58,477 nt of DNA from a virus (taxonomy: Duplodnaviria; Caudoviricetes). Position numbers and translations under genes: made by a program. A model generated the notes under the pieces. That model was given only the letters and a program-made list of their open reading frames with translations, did no database searches and was not told where the DNA came from. Shown here one piece after another: positions 29,725-38,458 of the stretch. Numbering within the stretch: the stretch's first letter is position 1; every line of letters begins with the position of its first letter. Location: positions 1-58,477 of the IMG/VR virus record IMGVR_UViG_3300030451_002321, one strand, 5' to 3'.

Positions 29725-30211
29725 TCACATCATCCTCATTGGTTGCAGCCGTCTCTTCGACGGGGGCATCCGACTCAACTTCAGGGGCCGCATCTTCTTC
29801 AGCGGGGCCTTCAGCCTCATCTTCTTGGATTTCAATGCCGTTGTCCGCTTGACGCAGACGCAGAATAATCTCGGCCTTCGTGCCGTACACCGGCAGACCG
29901 CGCTCCTTGCACAGTTCACGCAACTCCACAACGGTCATAGAATCGTAGGCAAGAGCGGAGGGGAATGGGGTGTCATCAGCAGGTGCCTCTTCGGTCACCT
30001 CTTCCACAGGCTGCTCCACCACTGCTTCCTCTTCGACCACCGGCTCCTCCGGTACGTCAAGCCGTGCCCGTAGCCATTCAACAATGTCAGCGTGACAGGT
30101 CGTGGGGCACTCTTCGGTGAACTCAATGCCATTCTGTTCACACACCCACTGAGCGTATTGCTCGACTCCCAGTCGGCGGCACATAGCAGTGGAGATAAGC
30201 ATTTTCATCAC
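29678..30211 (-). CDS. acidic protein with SAP (helix-extension-helix) domain
   Basis: YDSMTVVELRELCKERGLPVYGTKAEIILRL is a clear SAP consensus, flanked by E/D-rich tails. Confidence 0.8.
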   Translation of the reverse strand: MMKMLISTAMCRRLGVEQYAQWVCEQNGIEFTEECPTTCHADIVEWLRARLDVPEEPVVEEEAVVEQPVEEVTEEAPADDTPFPSALAYDSMTVVELRELCKERGLPVYGTKAEIILRLRQADNGIEIQEDEAEGPAEEDAAPEVESDAPVEETAATNEDDVNDTSGDQQEPADEEQ

Positions 30212-30212
30212 C

Positions 30213-32324
30213 TCAGTACTTTAGGATGGAGTCCCTGCACAGAACACGCATGGACTTGGGCAAGACCTTCAACTGGCTCTTCACCACGCCCTTGTCTTCA
30301 GGGATTTGGACCGGAGCCTCAACGATGTAGTATTCGTCAATCAGAATGGTCAATCGCTGACTGTTCCCTGATGCCGTGTTGCCGAGCGGCTTCTCAAAGT
30401 CAATGACAATCTGACTGTTGGCGTCACCTTCACCATGCACACTGAACTCCGTGGCCGAGCGCATCTTGTTGAAGAACAACGGGTCGTCCACCATGACCTC
30501 AAGGGACAACTCATAGGTGGTCTTCCCTTCGACCATGACTGCCGTATTGCGGCTACCACCAAAGGGCACCGCTGCATCAGCCGTACCACTGTTTTGCGTG
30601 GAGCCGTTGATGGTGTGGAAGCCCTGCATTCCAGTCTGACCGCTAAGGCTGAAGTTCAACACCTTACCTGCTTGAACTCCTGCAATGTTGATGCTACCGT
30701 CATAGAACATGAACGGCTTCTGCGTACCCTTGCCGATACCGGACTGCAACCGTCCTTTGGAAGTGCTTGCCGTGTCGTCAAACAAGCGATGTGGATTGTA
30801 GCGGTCGGTGTGACCGGAGTTTTCCAGTCGTCCTGCATCAGTGTAGCACAAAGCAGCATTGAAGTTCACTGCAAGACGTAGGGCAGCGTCGTTGTCCGTG
30901 GAGAGGGTGAAGTCTGTCACCTTGCAACCACGGAACACGCGAGTCAACGTCTTGGCATCACTTGCCCCACCATCAACGGTAGTGTCTGCATCCTTGTCAA
31001 GACGGCGCTGCGACACCTCAAGGCTGAACGAAGGGGTGTGACTACGAGCAAACAACAGATGCGTCACGGGCTTGGTAATAGCCAACGTTGTGTCGTTGAT
31101 GGTGGGTGCTTCACCTGCGTTGTAATCGTACAAGAACACCTTGTCACTGGCTCCAGTGGCATAAATCAAAGGTTCATCGAGGTAAATGGTTGCACTTCGG
31201 ACGCCCACAATCCTACGCACTTGGTAGGGGGTTGCTTGGTCAAAGTCGCGGTCAGTAACGGCGTTGTTCCACGAATGAGTTGGTTCGTGGTCAAGAACAA
31301 CAGGCACCGTACCGCTTGCAGGCTGAATACCGATGTACTTGCCGATTGCGAAGTCAGTAGTCGAAGCGACCACGATAGATGTTGCACCCACTTCCGCAGC
31401 ACTGCTTAGCGTTGTTTTGTGTGTTCCCGCTGCAATGTCAGATGGGACTGAAATCTCATTTCCAAGGCAGTACTTGAGCCAACGACCGGTGTGCATGGCA
31501 ACCTCAAACGAGCCACCTTCAGTCACGAACTTTCCGGGCACCTGCACCGCAACGTCGCGCCCAAGCCCCACCACGTGCAAACGCTTCAGGTCCACCTTTG
31601 TTTCAGGAAGTGTGAGAGCCGTCGTCACACCGAGGAATTGGTCCGTCAGCACACTTTCGCTTGGTGTATCTGTGTTGCCCGCTCGGTCCGAGTGATTGGC
31701 CGCATCAACTGGTGGTGTTTTGTACGGCAACATGTGGAGAAAATGACCGGATGAACTGCTGGAAAGAGGGGCGGGGGTGAATGTCAGGGTTTCAGCATCG
31801 TTGCCCGTAACCGTGAACACGCGCCCATCAGCAGCGTTGTCACCCTCCCCTGCGCCCGTCAACACGAATTGAGAGCCAACAAGCATGTCCTTGGGGTAAA
31901 GCAGGGCTACGTTACCGGATGCCGCGTGGGCAAAAAGGGGAATGGAAATATGCAACTCATCGTTGTCAGCAAGCGTTGTTTGAGTGCCTGCGGACATGGT
32001 AATTGAAGTTGCACCCACGGCGGTGACTACCCCAACAACAGTTCCGTCTGCTTTGAGCACGGTGTCCCCAACTACAAACCTCGTTGTGGCGTTTGTCCCG
32101 TCAACAGTCATTGCACCAGTGTGAGATGAACTGTACCCCCCACCATTGTTGATGAGAACACCCGATGCGCTTGCTGAGGTAAAGGTCAGCGAACCACTGC
32201 CGCCTGTGATTGCAAAGTTTGCATCGCCAACCCCGTCGCTGTCAGTGCCGTGCTTCAACGTGAAGCCTGTTTCAGTGGCGAAGGACACCTCCGCTAAGTC
32301 ACCTTTGAACACTGTACCGGGCAT
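30213..32324 (-). CDS. major tail tube protein with inserted decoration domains
   Basis: Tube-like core (EGGSFEV, PSFSLEV, VFRGCKVTDFTLS, PFMF, YELSLEV) interrupted by Gly/Thr-rich beta inserts; follows the terminator. Confidence 0.7.
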   Translation of the reverse strand: MPGTVFKGDLAEVSFATETGFTLKHGTDSDGVGDANFAITGGSGSLTFTSASASGVLINNGGGYSSSHTGAMTVDGTNATTRFVVGDTVLKADGTVVGVVTAVGATSITMSAGTQTTLADNDELHISIPLFAHAASGNVALLYPKDMLVGSQFVLTGAGEGDNAADGRVFTVTGNDAETLTFTPAPLSSSSSGHFLHMLPYKTPPVDAANHSDRAGNTDTPSESVLTDQFLGVTTALTLPETKVDLKRLHVVGLGRDVAVQVPGKFVTEGGSFEVAMHTGRWLKYCLGNEISVPSDIAAGTHKTTLSSAAEVGATSIVVASTTDFAIGKYIGIQPASGTVPVVLDHEPTHSWNNAVTDRDFDQATPYQVRRIVGVRSATIYLDEPLIYATGASDKVFLYDYNAGEAPTINDTTLAITKPVTHLLFARSHTPSFSLEVSQRRLDKDADTTVDGGASDAKTLTRVFRGCKVTDFTLSTDNDAALRLAVNFNAALCYTDAGRLENSGHTDRYNPHRLFDDTASTSKGRLQSGIGKGTQKPFMFYDGSINIAGVQAGKVLNFSLSGQTGMQGFHTINGSTQNSGTADAAVPFGGSRNTAVMVEGKTTYELSLEVMVDDPLFFNKMRSATEFSVHGEGDANSQIVIDFEKPLGNTASGNSQRLTILIDEYYIVEAPVQIPEDKGVVKSQLKVLPKSMRVLCRDSILKY

Positions 32325-32333
32325 CTTGTCACC

Positions 32334-32783
32334 TCATGGGATGGATTCTGCGAGGGTCACAACCTCGATTTGGAACGTCATACGGTGCATGAACTTGCTG
32401 CGGTCTGAAAGGTCCGTGCGTGTCTTGAACACCATGCGGTCGAAGTTGATACCGTCCCCCTTGCGTTTTGAGTGAACAAGCCGTCTAATCTCGTTCTCAA
32501 GTTTTTGCAGGTGCTTCCTGCCTTTAACCGTTCGGACATCAACGGTCATGTTGACTCGCGTTGTCACGAAGTCGTAAAACAGTTCAGGAGCCTCTTCGTT
32601 GTGCGCCGTTTCGTACAGGAGCACGAAGTCGTGGTTTTGCAAATCAAGACGCTTGCCCTTCTCAGGGTCCGTCGTCGTGATGTCAATGACGACAGGCCGG
32701 TAGTTCGACGTGTTGCCACGGTTCCAATCGTCTTGGAACAAGTCCACCATGATTTCCACGCTTTCCTTCCACGTGGCCACCAT
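32334..32783 (-). CDS. tail terminator / completion protein (putative)
   Basis: 149 aa directly before the tube gene; MTVDVRT...LENEIRRLV...MTFQIEV pattern. Confidence 0.6.
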   Translation of the reverse strand: MVATWKESVEIMVDLFQDDWNRGNTSNYRPVVIDITTTDPEKGKRLDLQNHDFVLLYETAHNEEAPELFYDFVTTRVNMTVDVRTVKGRKHLQKLENEIRRLVHSKRKGDGINFDRMVFKTRTDLSDRSKFMHRMTFQIEVVTLAESIP

Positions 32784-33151
32784 TACCGAATCCCCTCCGT
32801 GCGTTGCATTTCCTTCAGGTCACGGTAGTCGAGGGGGATGAAAAAGCCGTCCTTGTACTGCAACTGCTGCTCACGGATGGCTCCGTTGCTCAGAAGCATC
32901 TGCTCGTCCACCCGGTTGTTGATGGCCTCCTGAGTCATCTCGTCAGCAGGGTTACCGTTTTGGTCCACGATTTCACCATCAATGAACTCAAGGTCAGACG
33001 CTCCTGCTTCGATGCGTAGCAGCATCTCGCGCATGCTCCGTGGGTTGTTGGTGAAGTGCTCGCGCAACTCCTCTTGGTACCCCTTGTCTTTGCGGTACAG
33101 GTCCACCAAAAACTCAAGGTTACGCTCACCTTGACGGGTGAACTCCCTCAC
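32783..33151 (-). CDS. hypothetical neck-region protein
   Basis: Translationally coupled between adaptor and terminator. Confidence 0.6.
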   Translation of the reverse strand: MREFTRQGERNLEFLVDLYRKDKGYQEELREHFTNNPRSMREMLLRIEAGASDLEFIDGEIVDQNGNPADEMTQEAINNRVDEQMLLSNGAIREQQLQYKDGFFIPLDYRDLKEMQRTEGIR

Positions 33152-34725
33152 TCAAACACCACCAACTCAACGTAGCGCGGCAGCGTCCGGTCAATCTCGG
33201 CTTGGTACAGTTGAACCTTGCTTGCAAGGTCAATGTTCTGTGTGCCTTCAGGAATGAGCACGCTGCGGTCATCAGCCATCAGCAGTTCAATGGCAACCAT
33301 CTTTGTGCAAACGTCTTCGATGGCCTTTTCGACGTACCGTTCACCGTACACGTAGGCCACCTTAATTGCGTTCCATTCAAAGAACGGATAGGAGTTGTTG
33401 AAATAAACGATGCCCTGCTCGGGGTCAAGCCACCAGTCACGCAAACGGCCAACGTCGCCGCTGCTGCTACCACCTTGCAAGTCAACCACAAGGCTTTGCT
33501 GAGTGATAGTACCGCTGACTGCCGTGTGGTCACCAACCACGTCAACGCAGCCGGTGAACGATGTACTCGTCTTTCCAGTGTAGCGGAAGACAATGGCCCC
33601 ATTGATGGCCACACCTGCATCCACAAAGCCCGTTGTTGAGTTCACGGTGATAGTCCCCGAAGAAGCCGAGGACACGGTGGCTGAGTTTGTTTGGGTCTGC
33701 TCGATGGTGATGTCGCTTGAGTTGGTCACAATGCTGCACGATTCACCGCTTTTAACTGGGCGCATGCTCGTCACCTTGACCACGCCAGTGCCAAGGTCTG
33801 CATTGGCGGTTGCAAGGAACTCGTTGTGCAGTGCCACGTTGGACGTTGAGCCTTCAAGCGTGAACGCAGGACTGAACTCCACCGTGGCCTTGCTCACGCG
33901 GTCCTCCTTGTTGATAAGGTCGGCAAGGTTCTGCGCGACCGTGGTTGGGTCGAAGTCGTCACGCCACTGGTTCGAGGCGGTGCCCTGAGCCAATGTAGCA
34001 ACGGTACCGTTGCCGGGTGAAATGAAGATGGACGAAGAGGCAAGGTTGCTTACGTCGTTGAACTTGATGCGGGCTTCAGCACCGCAAATCTCGCGGTAGT
34101 CGTCACCCTGCCACAACTCGATGCGGAGCATCTGTTGTACGTTGCGAAAGAGCAACGGAGCGGTACCCACGTAGTCGGTGTAGTAACGACGGCGATAGGG
34201 CTTGTAGGTGTCGAAGTTGATGTACTCAGCCGTGACGAGATAGGGACGCCATGCATTGTGCGTGATGTTGTCAATGCGGTCCTGCATGCGCTGAATCACG
34301 TGGTCCACCTTGTCCTTGGTTAGACCACTGATGCGACCGTTGGTGAACGAGGCTTGGTTCTGCACGTAGCCGTTGTCGGCTACTTCGTAGTCAGCAGCAG
34401 TCAGCGTAGCCCCGCTGAAGGTGATTTTGACGTGACCCGCCTTCCCACCAGTGCCCTTACCGATGGCGGTGATGGTCAAGTCTTCTTCGCCCAGTGGGTC
34501 CGCGTCACTGTACACACGGATTTTGTCGCCCACGGAAAAGCCGTGACTGCGGTACTCGTTGCCCGTGACGTACACGGCGTCGGTATCAGCAGCCGCGCTC
34601 ATCAGCACGGCTTCCTTGGGGCCGATGTCAAGCAGGTCAGCGACCTTCTGAGCCGTAGTGTACACCGTCGCAGTAGGGTCGAGAGGCCGAGTTTCCGGCT
34701 CACCGGGACTGAAGACGACGGGCAT
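33148..34725 (-). CDS. head-tail adaptor (gp6/gp15-like) with large insertions
   Basis: N-terminal YTTAQKVADLL, internal MQDRIDNIT, C-terminal IKVAYVYG...IEDVCTKMVA; inserted beta modules. Confidence 0.6.
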   Translation of the reverse strand: MPVVFSPGEPETRPLDPTATVYTTAQKVADLLDIGPKEAVLMSAAADTDAVYVTGNEYRSHGFSVGDKIRVYSDADPLGEEDLTITAIGKGTGGKAGHVKITFSGATLTAADYEVADNGYVQNQASFTNGRISGLTKDKVDHVIQRMQDRIDNITHNAWRPYLVTAEYINFDTYKPYRRRYYTDYVGTAPLLFRNVQQMLRIELWQGDDYREICGAEARIKFNDVSNLASSSIFISPGNGTVATLAQGTASNQWRDDFDPTTVAQNLADLINKEDRVSKATVEFSPAFTLEGSTSNVALHNEFLATANADLGTGVVKVTSMRPVKSGESCSIVTNSSDITIEQTQTNSATVSSASSGTITVNSTTGFVDAGVAINGAIVFRYTGKTSTSFTGCVDVVGDHTAVSGTITQQSLVVDLQGGSSSGDVGRLRDWWLDPEQGIVYFNNSYPFFEWNAIKVAYVYGERYVEKAIEDVCTKMVAIELLMADDRSVLIPEGTQNIDLASKVQLYQAEIDRTLPRYVELVVFE

Positions 34726-34738
34726 TCAACAACTCACC

Positions 34739-35656
34739 TCACGACTTCATCAGGTCCCAAGCATCACCAAATGCTGCACGATGGGCGCGGAACTGTCGAG
34801 CGGCCTTGCCCAACATTTCGTCGCTACCACCCTCACCGGGGTCACGCATGGTGGGCACCGCAGTTTGACGCTGCGTCGCCAGTCCCATTGACATGAGTTG
34901 TTGAATCTGCTCAGGTGTCATGTTGGCAAGCATAGCACGCGCTTGAGCCATTGCATCCGGCTCAGGGGCAGCAGGACCGCCCGCATCTCTCAGGTTGCCT
35001 GCGTCGTCAAACGCACCCTGCATTTCGTCAGGAACACCGGGAACCTTGGCGCGAGCAGCCGCAGACATGTCAGGAGCCTTGGGCTTCTCGTCGGGTGCAG
35101 GTGCATCCTTGCTGCCTTCAGGCTCAGGGAAGCCGTACTTCTCCGCGTTCCTTGCCTGCTGCGCGTCACGCATTTGCTTGAACTTCTCAGAAAGCCCTGC
35201 CGTGCGGTCGGTCAAGTTTGACACACTCATCTTGCCGCTGCGCATGGCGCTCTCACGCTCAGCAGCACGCTGCTGCTTTGGCGTCATGAACGAAGCGTGG
35301 TCTTCACCGGGAGGTTGAATCGTACCCAACACCTGTTCCAGTGTCCTGCCCTTCAATTGCTCCTGCAACTCTTCATTGAGATTCATGGGGTCGTTCACAA
35401 ACTCAAGGTCATGCATCTCAGGATTTGCAAGCATTTGAGCCATGACCATTTGTCGAATGGTGTTGAGTTGCGTTTGGTACGCAGGGTCCGCCGTATTGGT
35501 GTAACCCGCCTCACGCATCGCGGGGTACACGATTTGGTTGGCGACACGTTGGAATGGGTGGGGGCCAAGACCCGCGTGCTTGCCCCGCTCAAGTGGGTAG
35601 TACACCTTCTGACGGTGTGGTTGCATCTCATTGGCTTTCACAAGGACATGCTTCAT
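34739..35656 (-). CDS. putative internal head (cargo) protein, 305 aa
   Basis: Likely ATG at 35656 (MKHVLVKAN); C-terminus AFGDAWDLMKS; A/P/Q/M-rich. Confidence 0.7.
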   Translation of the reverse strand: MKHVLVKANEMQPHRQKVYYPLERGKHAGLGPHPFQRVANQIVYPAMREAGYTNTADPAYQTQLNTIRQMVMAQMLANPEMHDLEFVNDPMNLNEELQEQLKGRTLEQVLGTIQPPGEDHASFMTPKQQRAAERESAMRSGKMSVSNLTDRTAGLSEKFKQMRDAQQARNAEKYGFPEPEGSKDAPAPDEKPKAPDMSAAARAKVPGVPDEMQGAFDDAGNLRDAGGPAAPEPDAMAQARAMLANMTPEQIQQLMSMGLATQRQTAVPTMRDPGEGGSDEMLGKAARQFRAHRAAFGDAWDLMKS

Positions 35657-35660
35657 CGTA

Positions 35661-35954
35661 TCACAACCGGTTTGTTTCATCTCGGTGTCCGAGGTTGTAC
35701 TCCATGGGCTTGTCACAGGCCCCACAGGTTGCCCGCCACATGAAGTGGAGGAAACCGCAGTGCTTGCAACGTGTACCTGAGCCAATGTTCAGCACGTCAC
35801 CGATATTTGCGTTTCGGTTACGCTGGGCTGAAGTGATGCCCTCAAGAGGCTTTTCAGTGTTGGTTACCGTGGCGTTCTCAAGGTCGTACTTGATGCCCTG
35901 CTTGCCTGCGCGAACAAGGTCCTCAAGGTCGAGGCTTCGTGCGTCAAACCCCAT
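35661..35954 (-). CDS. zinc-ribbon protein (97 aa)
   Basis: ATG at 35954 with GAGGTGAGGG RBS; CKHC...CGAC. Confidence 0.75.
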   Translation of the reverse strand: MGFDARSLDLEDLVRAGKQGIKYDLENATVTNTEKPLEGITSAQRNRNANIGDVLNIGSGTRCKHCGFLHFMWRATCGACDKPMEYNLGHRDETNRL

Positions 35955-35964
35955 TTCCCTCACC

Positions 35965-36141
35965 TCATGTGAAGGAAACGACGATGTAAATGTTCCCAAG
36001 CACGGTAATCGGTTCAGCACCGACAATTGCGTTTGAGCCGATGGCCGCAGCCACGTCGGTAGCGATGGCAGTGTTCAGGGCAGTGAGGTCACTGAAGTCC
36101 TTCGGAGAGAAGGGTCCAATCACCTTAGCGCCTTCGGCCAA
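35965..36141 (-). CDS. 58-aa small virion-module protein (not in ORF track)
   Basis: TTG start after GAGGTGA RBS; fills the gap exactly; MAEGAKVIGPFSPKDFSDLTALNTAIATDVAAAIGSNAIVGAEPITVLGNIYIVVSFT*. Confidence 0.7.
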   Translation of the reverse strand: MAEGAKVIGPFSPKDFSDLTALNTAIATDVAAAIGSNAIVGAEPITVLGNIYIVVSFT

Positions 36142-36152
36142 GAGGAATCACC

Positions 36153-36467
36153 TCAAGCGCGGCGACCGATGGCCATGAACGTGCCACCAATGGTAGCCTG
36201 TGCCGCGCCGGGGGTGTTGACAGTAATCGTCGTTCCGTCCACGGTAGCAAACTCACCAAAGGTGAAGGGGGCACCGTCAGAAGCATCAGCCGCACCTGCG
36301 GTTTCAAGATTCTGAGGAGCCAAAGCACCGGTAGGGGTAACAACGGCCATGTCAATGCTCGTCAATTGACCGGCGAGTTCAATGCTCGTATCGGTTGCAG
36401 CGTAGGTACCAGTGACCACAAAACGGTCACCAAAAACGGTCGGTCGGGGGTCAATCGTAATCGCCAT
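36153..36467 (-). CDS. small beta-rich virion protein (capsid decoration-like)
   Basis: A/T/G-rich beta strands; downstream of the capsid gene; GGAGTGA RBS. Confidence 0.6.
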   Translation of the reverse strand: MAITIDPRPTVFGDRFVVTGTYAATDTSIELAGQLTSIDMAVVTPTGALAPQNLETAGAADASDGAPFTFGEFATVDGTTITVNTPGAAQATIGGTFMAIGRRA

Positions 36468-36473
36468 GTGTCA

Positions 36474-36821
36474 TCACTCCGTGGGTGTTGGTTCTTCGGT
36501 AGGTGCCGGAGGATTTAGGTGTTCCTCCACAAGATTCAGTGCAGCGGCCTTCGTGACGTAGCCGGAGTACTCGACTCCCTGCCCGTCAAGCCACGCGATG
36601 ATGTCCTTTCGGGTCCAACCCGCGTCGGGAATGCCGTCAGCACCCTCGTCTGTGGTCACGCCCTCGTCACCTTCAATGGTGAACTGGCTTTCAGGAAGGT
36701 TGTGACGCCACTTGTTAAGCCACTCTTGCGACACCTCAACCGTGTCCCCACGTCGAAACGAAGCAGGTCCATCGGGTCGGCGGCGCTCAAACGAGCGGCC
36801 CACGTAGGTCAGTTTTGGCAC
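36474..36821 (-). CDS. protein with C-terminal HeH/LEM-like domain
   Basis: WTRKDIIAWLDGQGVEYSGYVTKAAALNLV; a typical post-capsid gene. Confidence 0.65.
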   Translation of the reverse strand: MPKLTYVGRSFERRRPDGPASFRRGDTVEVSQEWLNKWRHNLPESQFTIEGDEGVTTDEGADGIPDAGWTRKDIIAWLDGQGVEYSGYVTKAAALNLVEEHLNPPAPTEEPTPTE

Positions 36822-36830
36822 TCAACCACC

Positions 36831-37295
36831 TCAGTTGAGGAGGAGGAGGGTAATTGTACCTGCACCCGCGCCTTCGGCGTGAGCCTCAATCGCTCCCAAC
36901 GAGCCACCAGTCTTGGCGGGCGGGGCACCGTCGGCACCCGTGTTGGTAAAGGCGATGGAGAGCGTCTTGTCAGCCACCTCAAAAGAACTGCCAACAACGC
37001 CGAGAATCTTGGAGCATCCGCCGGTGAAGACAAACACTTCCGCGTCCGTCGTCGCCAAGGTGAACTGAATGGTCACCAAGCGGAGGCTACCAACGGCGTT
37101 ACCGTCAGTGTTTTGGGCGGTGAAACCGGTAAGGGTGCCGGGGTACGAGCCACCGGCGTTACCGCTCAGCCAACCCGTTTCCTCGACGGGAGTACCCGTA
37201 CGAAGGTCAAGGTCAACAAGGATTTCCATTGCCGAAAACTCACTGTCTTCATATGCGATGATGAGTTGCTTCTCACTTTCTGTCTGCTTTGCCAT
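36831..37295 (-). CDS. capsid decoration / minor capsid protein (putative)
   Basis: First gene after the major capsid protein; shares its A-rich leader and GGAGTGA RBS. Confidence 0.6.
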   Translation of the reverse strand: MAKQTESEKQLIIAYEDSEFSAMEILVDLDLRTGTPVEETGWLSGNAGGSYPGTLTGFTAQNTDGNAVGSLRLVTIQFTLATTDAEVFVFTGGCSKILGVVGSSFEVADKTLSIAFTNTGADGAPPAKTGGSLGAIEAHAEGAGAGTITLLLLN

Positions 37296-37301
37296 GTCAA
37301 A

Positions 37302-37322
37302 TCACTCCATGTTTTGTTGTTT
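37302..37322 (-). promoter_or_regulatory. A/C-rich leader plus ATGGAGTGA RBS element (copy 2)
   Basis: Minus strand AAAACAACAAAACATGGAGTGA, nearly the same as the leader of the capsid gene. Confidence 0.5.
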
Positions 37323-37330
37323 CTCCGGCC

Positions 37331-38428
37331 TCACTTCAGGTCACGGATGGAAGCGTGACCACCAAAGAAAGTGGTCCACAGTTCACCCATGGTGCGGTAC
37401 ATACCTTCCTGCCCGAGACGGTTGATGGCGAAGGGGTCGCCAGTCTCAATGCCGGACTCGAAGTACTGAGTCGGGATGGCCGTGGAGAAGTACAGGTAGT
37501 CGGTGTCAAGGAAGTACATGCGGGACAAGGTGTCCTTTGCAACGTCCTTGGAGGGGATGATGGGGACACCGTTGTAGGTGGCCACAATGAACCCGGCTTC
37601 GATACCCGGAACACCCTTCACACCGTTGTAGGTGGGCGTCACGCGCTTCTCTTCCATGAATCGCTGCTGCGACTGGAGGAGTTGCTGAAGACGCATGAGG
37701 GTGTCGTACCCGGTCAGGATGACCTTGGGGTTGCCACCGCGCTCCCACGTCAGACGGAAGATTTCGTCAAGGTGGTCGAGGCTGAGAACACGGTCGGTAC
37801 CACTGTTCTCACTGTGCTCAGCAAGGGACCAAGAGTTTGCACTTCGGTCAATACTGTAAATGTCGTTGGTGGAAGCGGTGTCGCCGGTCGTAACACGGTC
37901 GAGGGACTCAAAGTCGTTGCCCGCGACGGTGCCCTTGTCTTGGGTCAGCATGCGGTTGATGTGCTCAGCGTGGTGCTTGCCCATCTCTTCCTTGAGCACC
38001 GAGCGAATGTCGCCCAGTCCGTCGTCCTTGTCAGCAAGGAACATTGCGGTTTCCGACATATCGAAGGTGTGCGCAACGGTCTTGGGCTTCGCAGCAATGT
38101 GCTGGAAGGTCGGCTTGGTGGTGTCGGGGAGAGTTGCGTTCTCCGCGAGTCCGCCGCCAACGGTGAAGGAGGGGCGCTCAGTGATGACGCGCCATCCACT
38201 GCGCTCCCATGGGCGCTTGGGGAGGATGGAGAAGGCGTTGAACTCTTGGTTCAACTGGCTCCAAACCTTGCGACCGTAAATCGCTTGGTAAATGCCCGCC
38301 GTGGTGGAAAGCATCGGTGCGTCAGCCTTCAAAAGTTCGCTGCCTGAGTAGGAGTAGCCCATGGCGTTACCTGCGCCATAGAAGTACCGCTCCATGTCGG
38401 TGATTGTCCTGATGTAATCTCGTGCCAT
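37331..38428 (-). CDS. HK97-fold major capsid protein
   Basis: Follows the protease; GLAENATLP (E-loop-like), DFESLDR, YNGVPIIPS...MYFLDT; ATG at 38428 with GGAGTGA RBS. Confidence 0.9.
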   Translation of the reverse strand: MARDYIRTITDMERYFYGAGNAMGYSYSGSELLKADAPMLSTTAGIYQAIYGRKVWSQLNQEFNAFSILPKRPWERSGWRVITERPSFTVGGGLAENATLPDTTKPTFQHIAAKPKTVAHTFDMSETAMFLADKDDGLGDIRSVLKEEMGKHHAEHINRMLTQDKGTVAGNDFESLDRVTTGDTASTNDIYSIDRSANSWSLAEHSENSGTDRVLSLDHLDEIFRLTWERGGNPKVILTGYDTLMRLQQLLQSQQRFMEEKRVTPTYNGVKGVPGIEAGFIVATYNGVPIIPSKDVAKDTLSRMYFLDTDYLYFSTAIPTQYFESGIETGDPFAINRLGQEGMYRTMGELWTTFFGGHASIRDLK

Positions 38429-38433
38429 TTCAT

Positions 38434-38458
38434 TCACTCCATTTGTTTTGTTTTGTTT
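38434..38458 (-). promoter_or_regulatory. A/C-rich leader plus ATGGAGTGA RBS element (copy 1)
   Basis: Minus strand AAACAAAACAAAACAAATGGAGTGA directly upstream of the capsid start. Confidence 0.5.

Noticed and set aside
30213-32324. Tail sheath call for the 703-aa protein based on its size
   Set aside because: Its motifs fit a tube core with insertions, and no separate tube gene follows it.
37289-38347. 352-aa plus-strand ORF (and the 279-aa ORF at 36519-37358)
   Set aside because: Antisense shadows of the capsid and decoration genes; no RBS or recognisable motifs.
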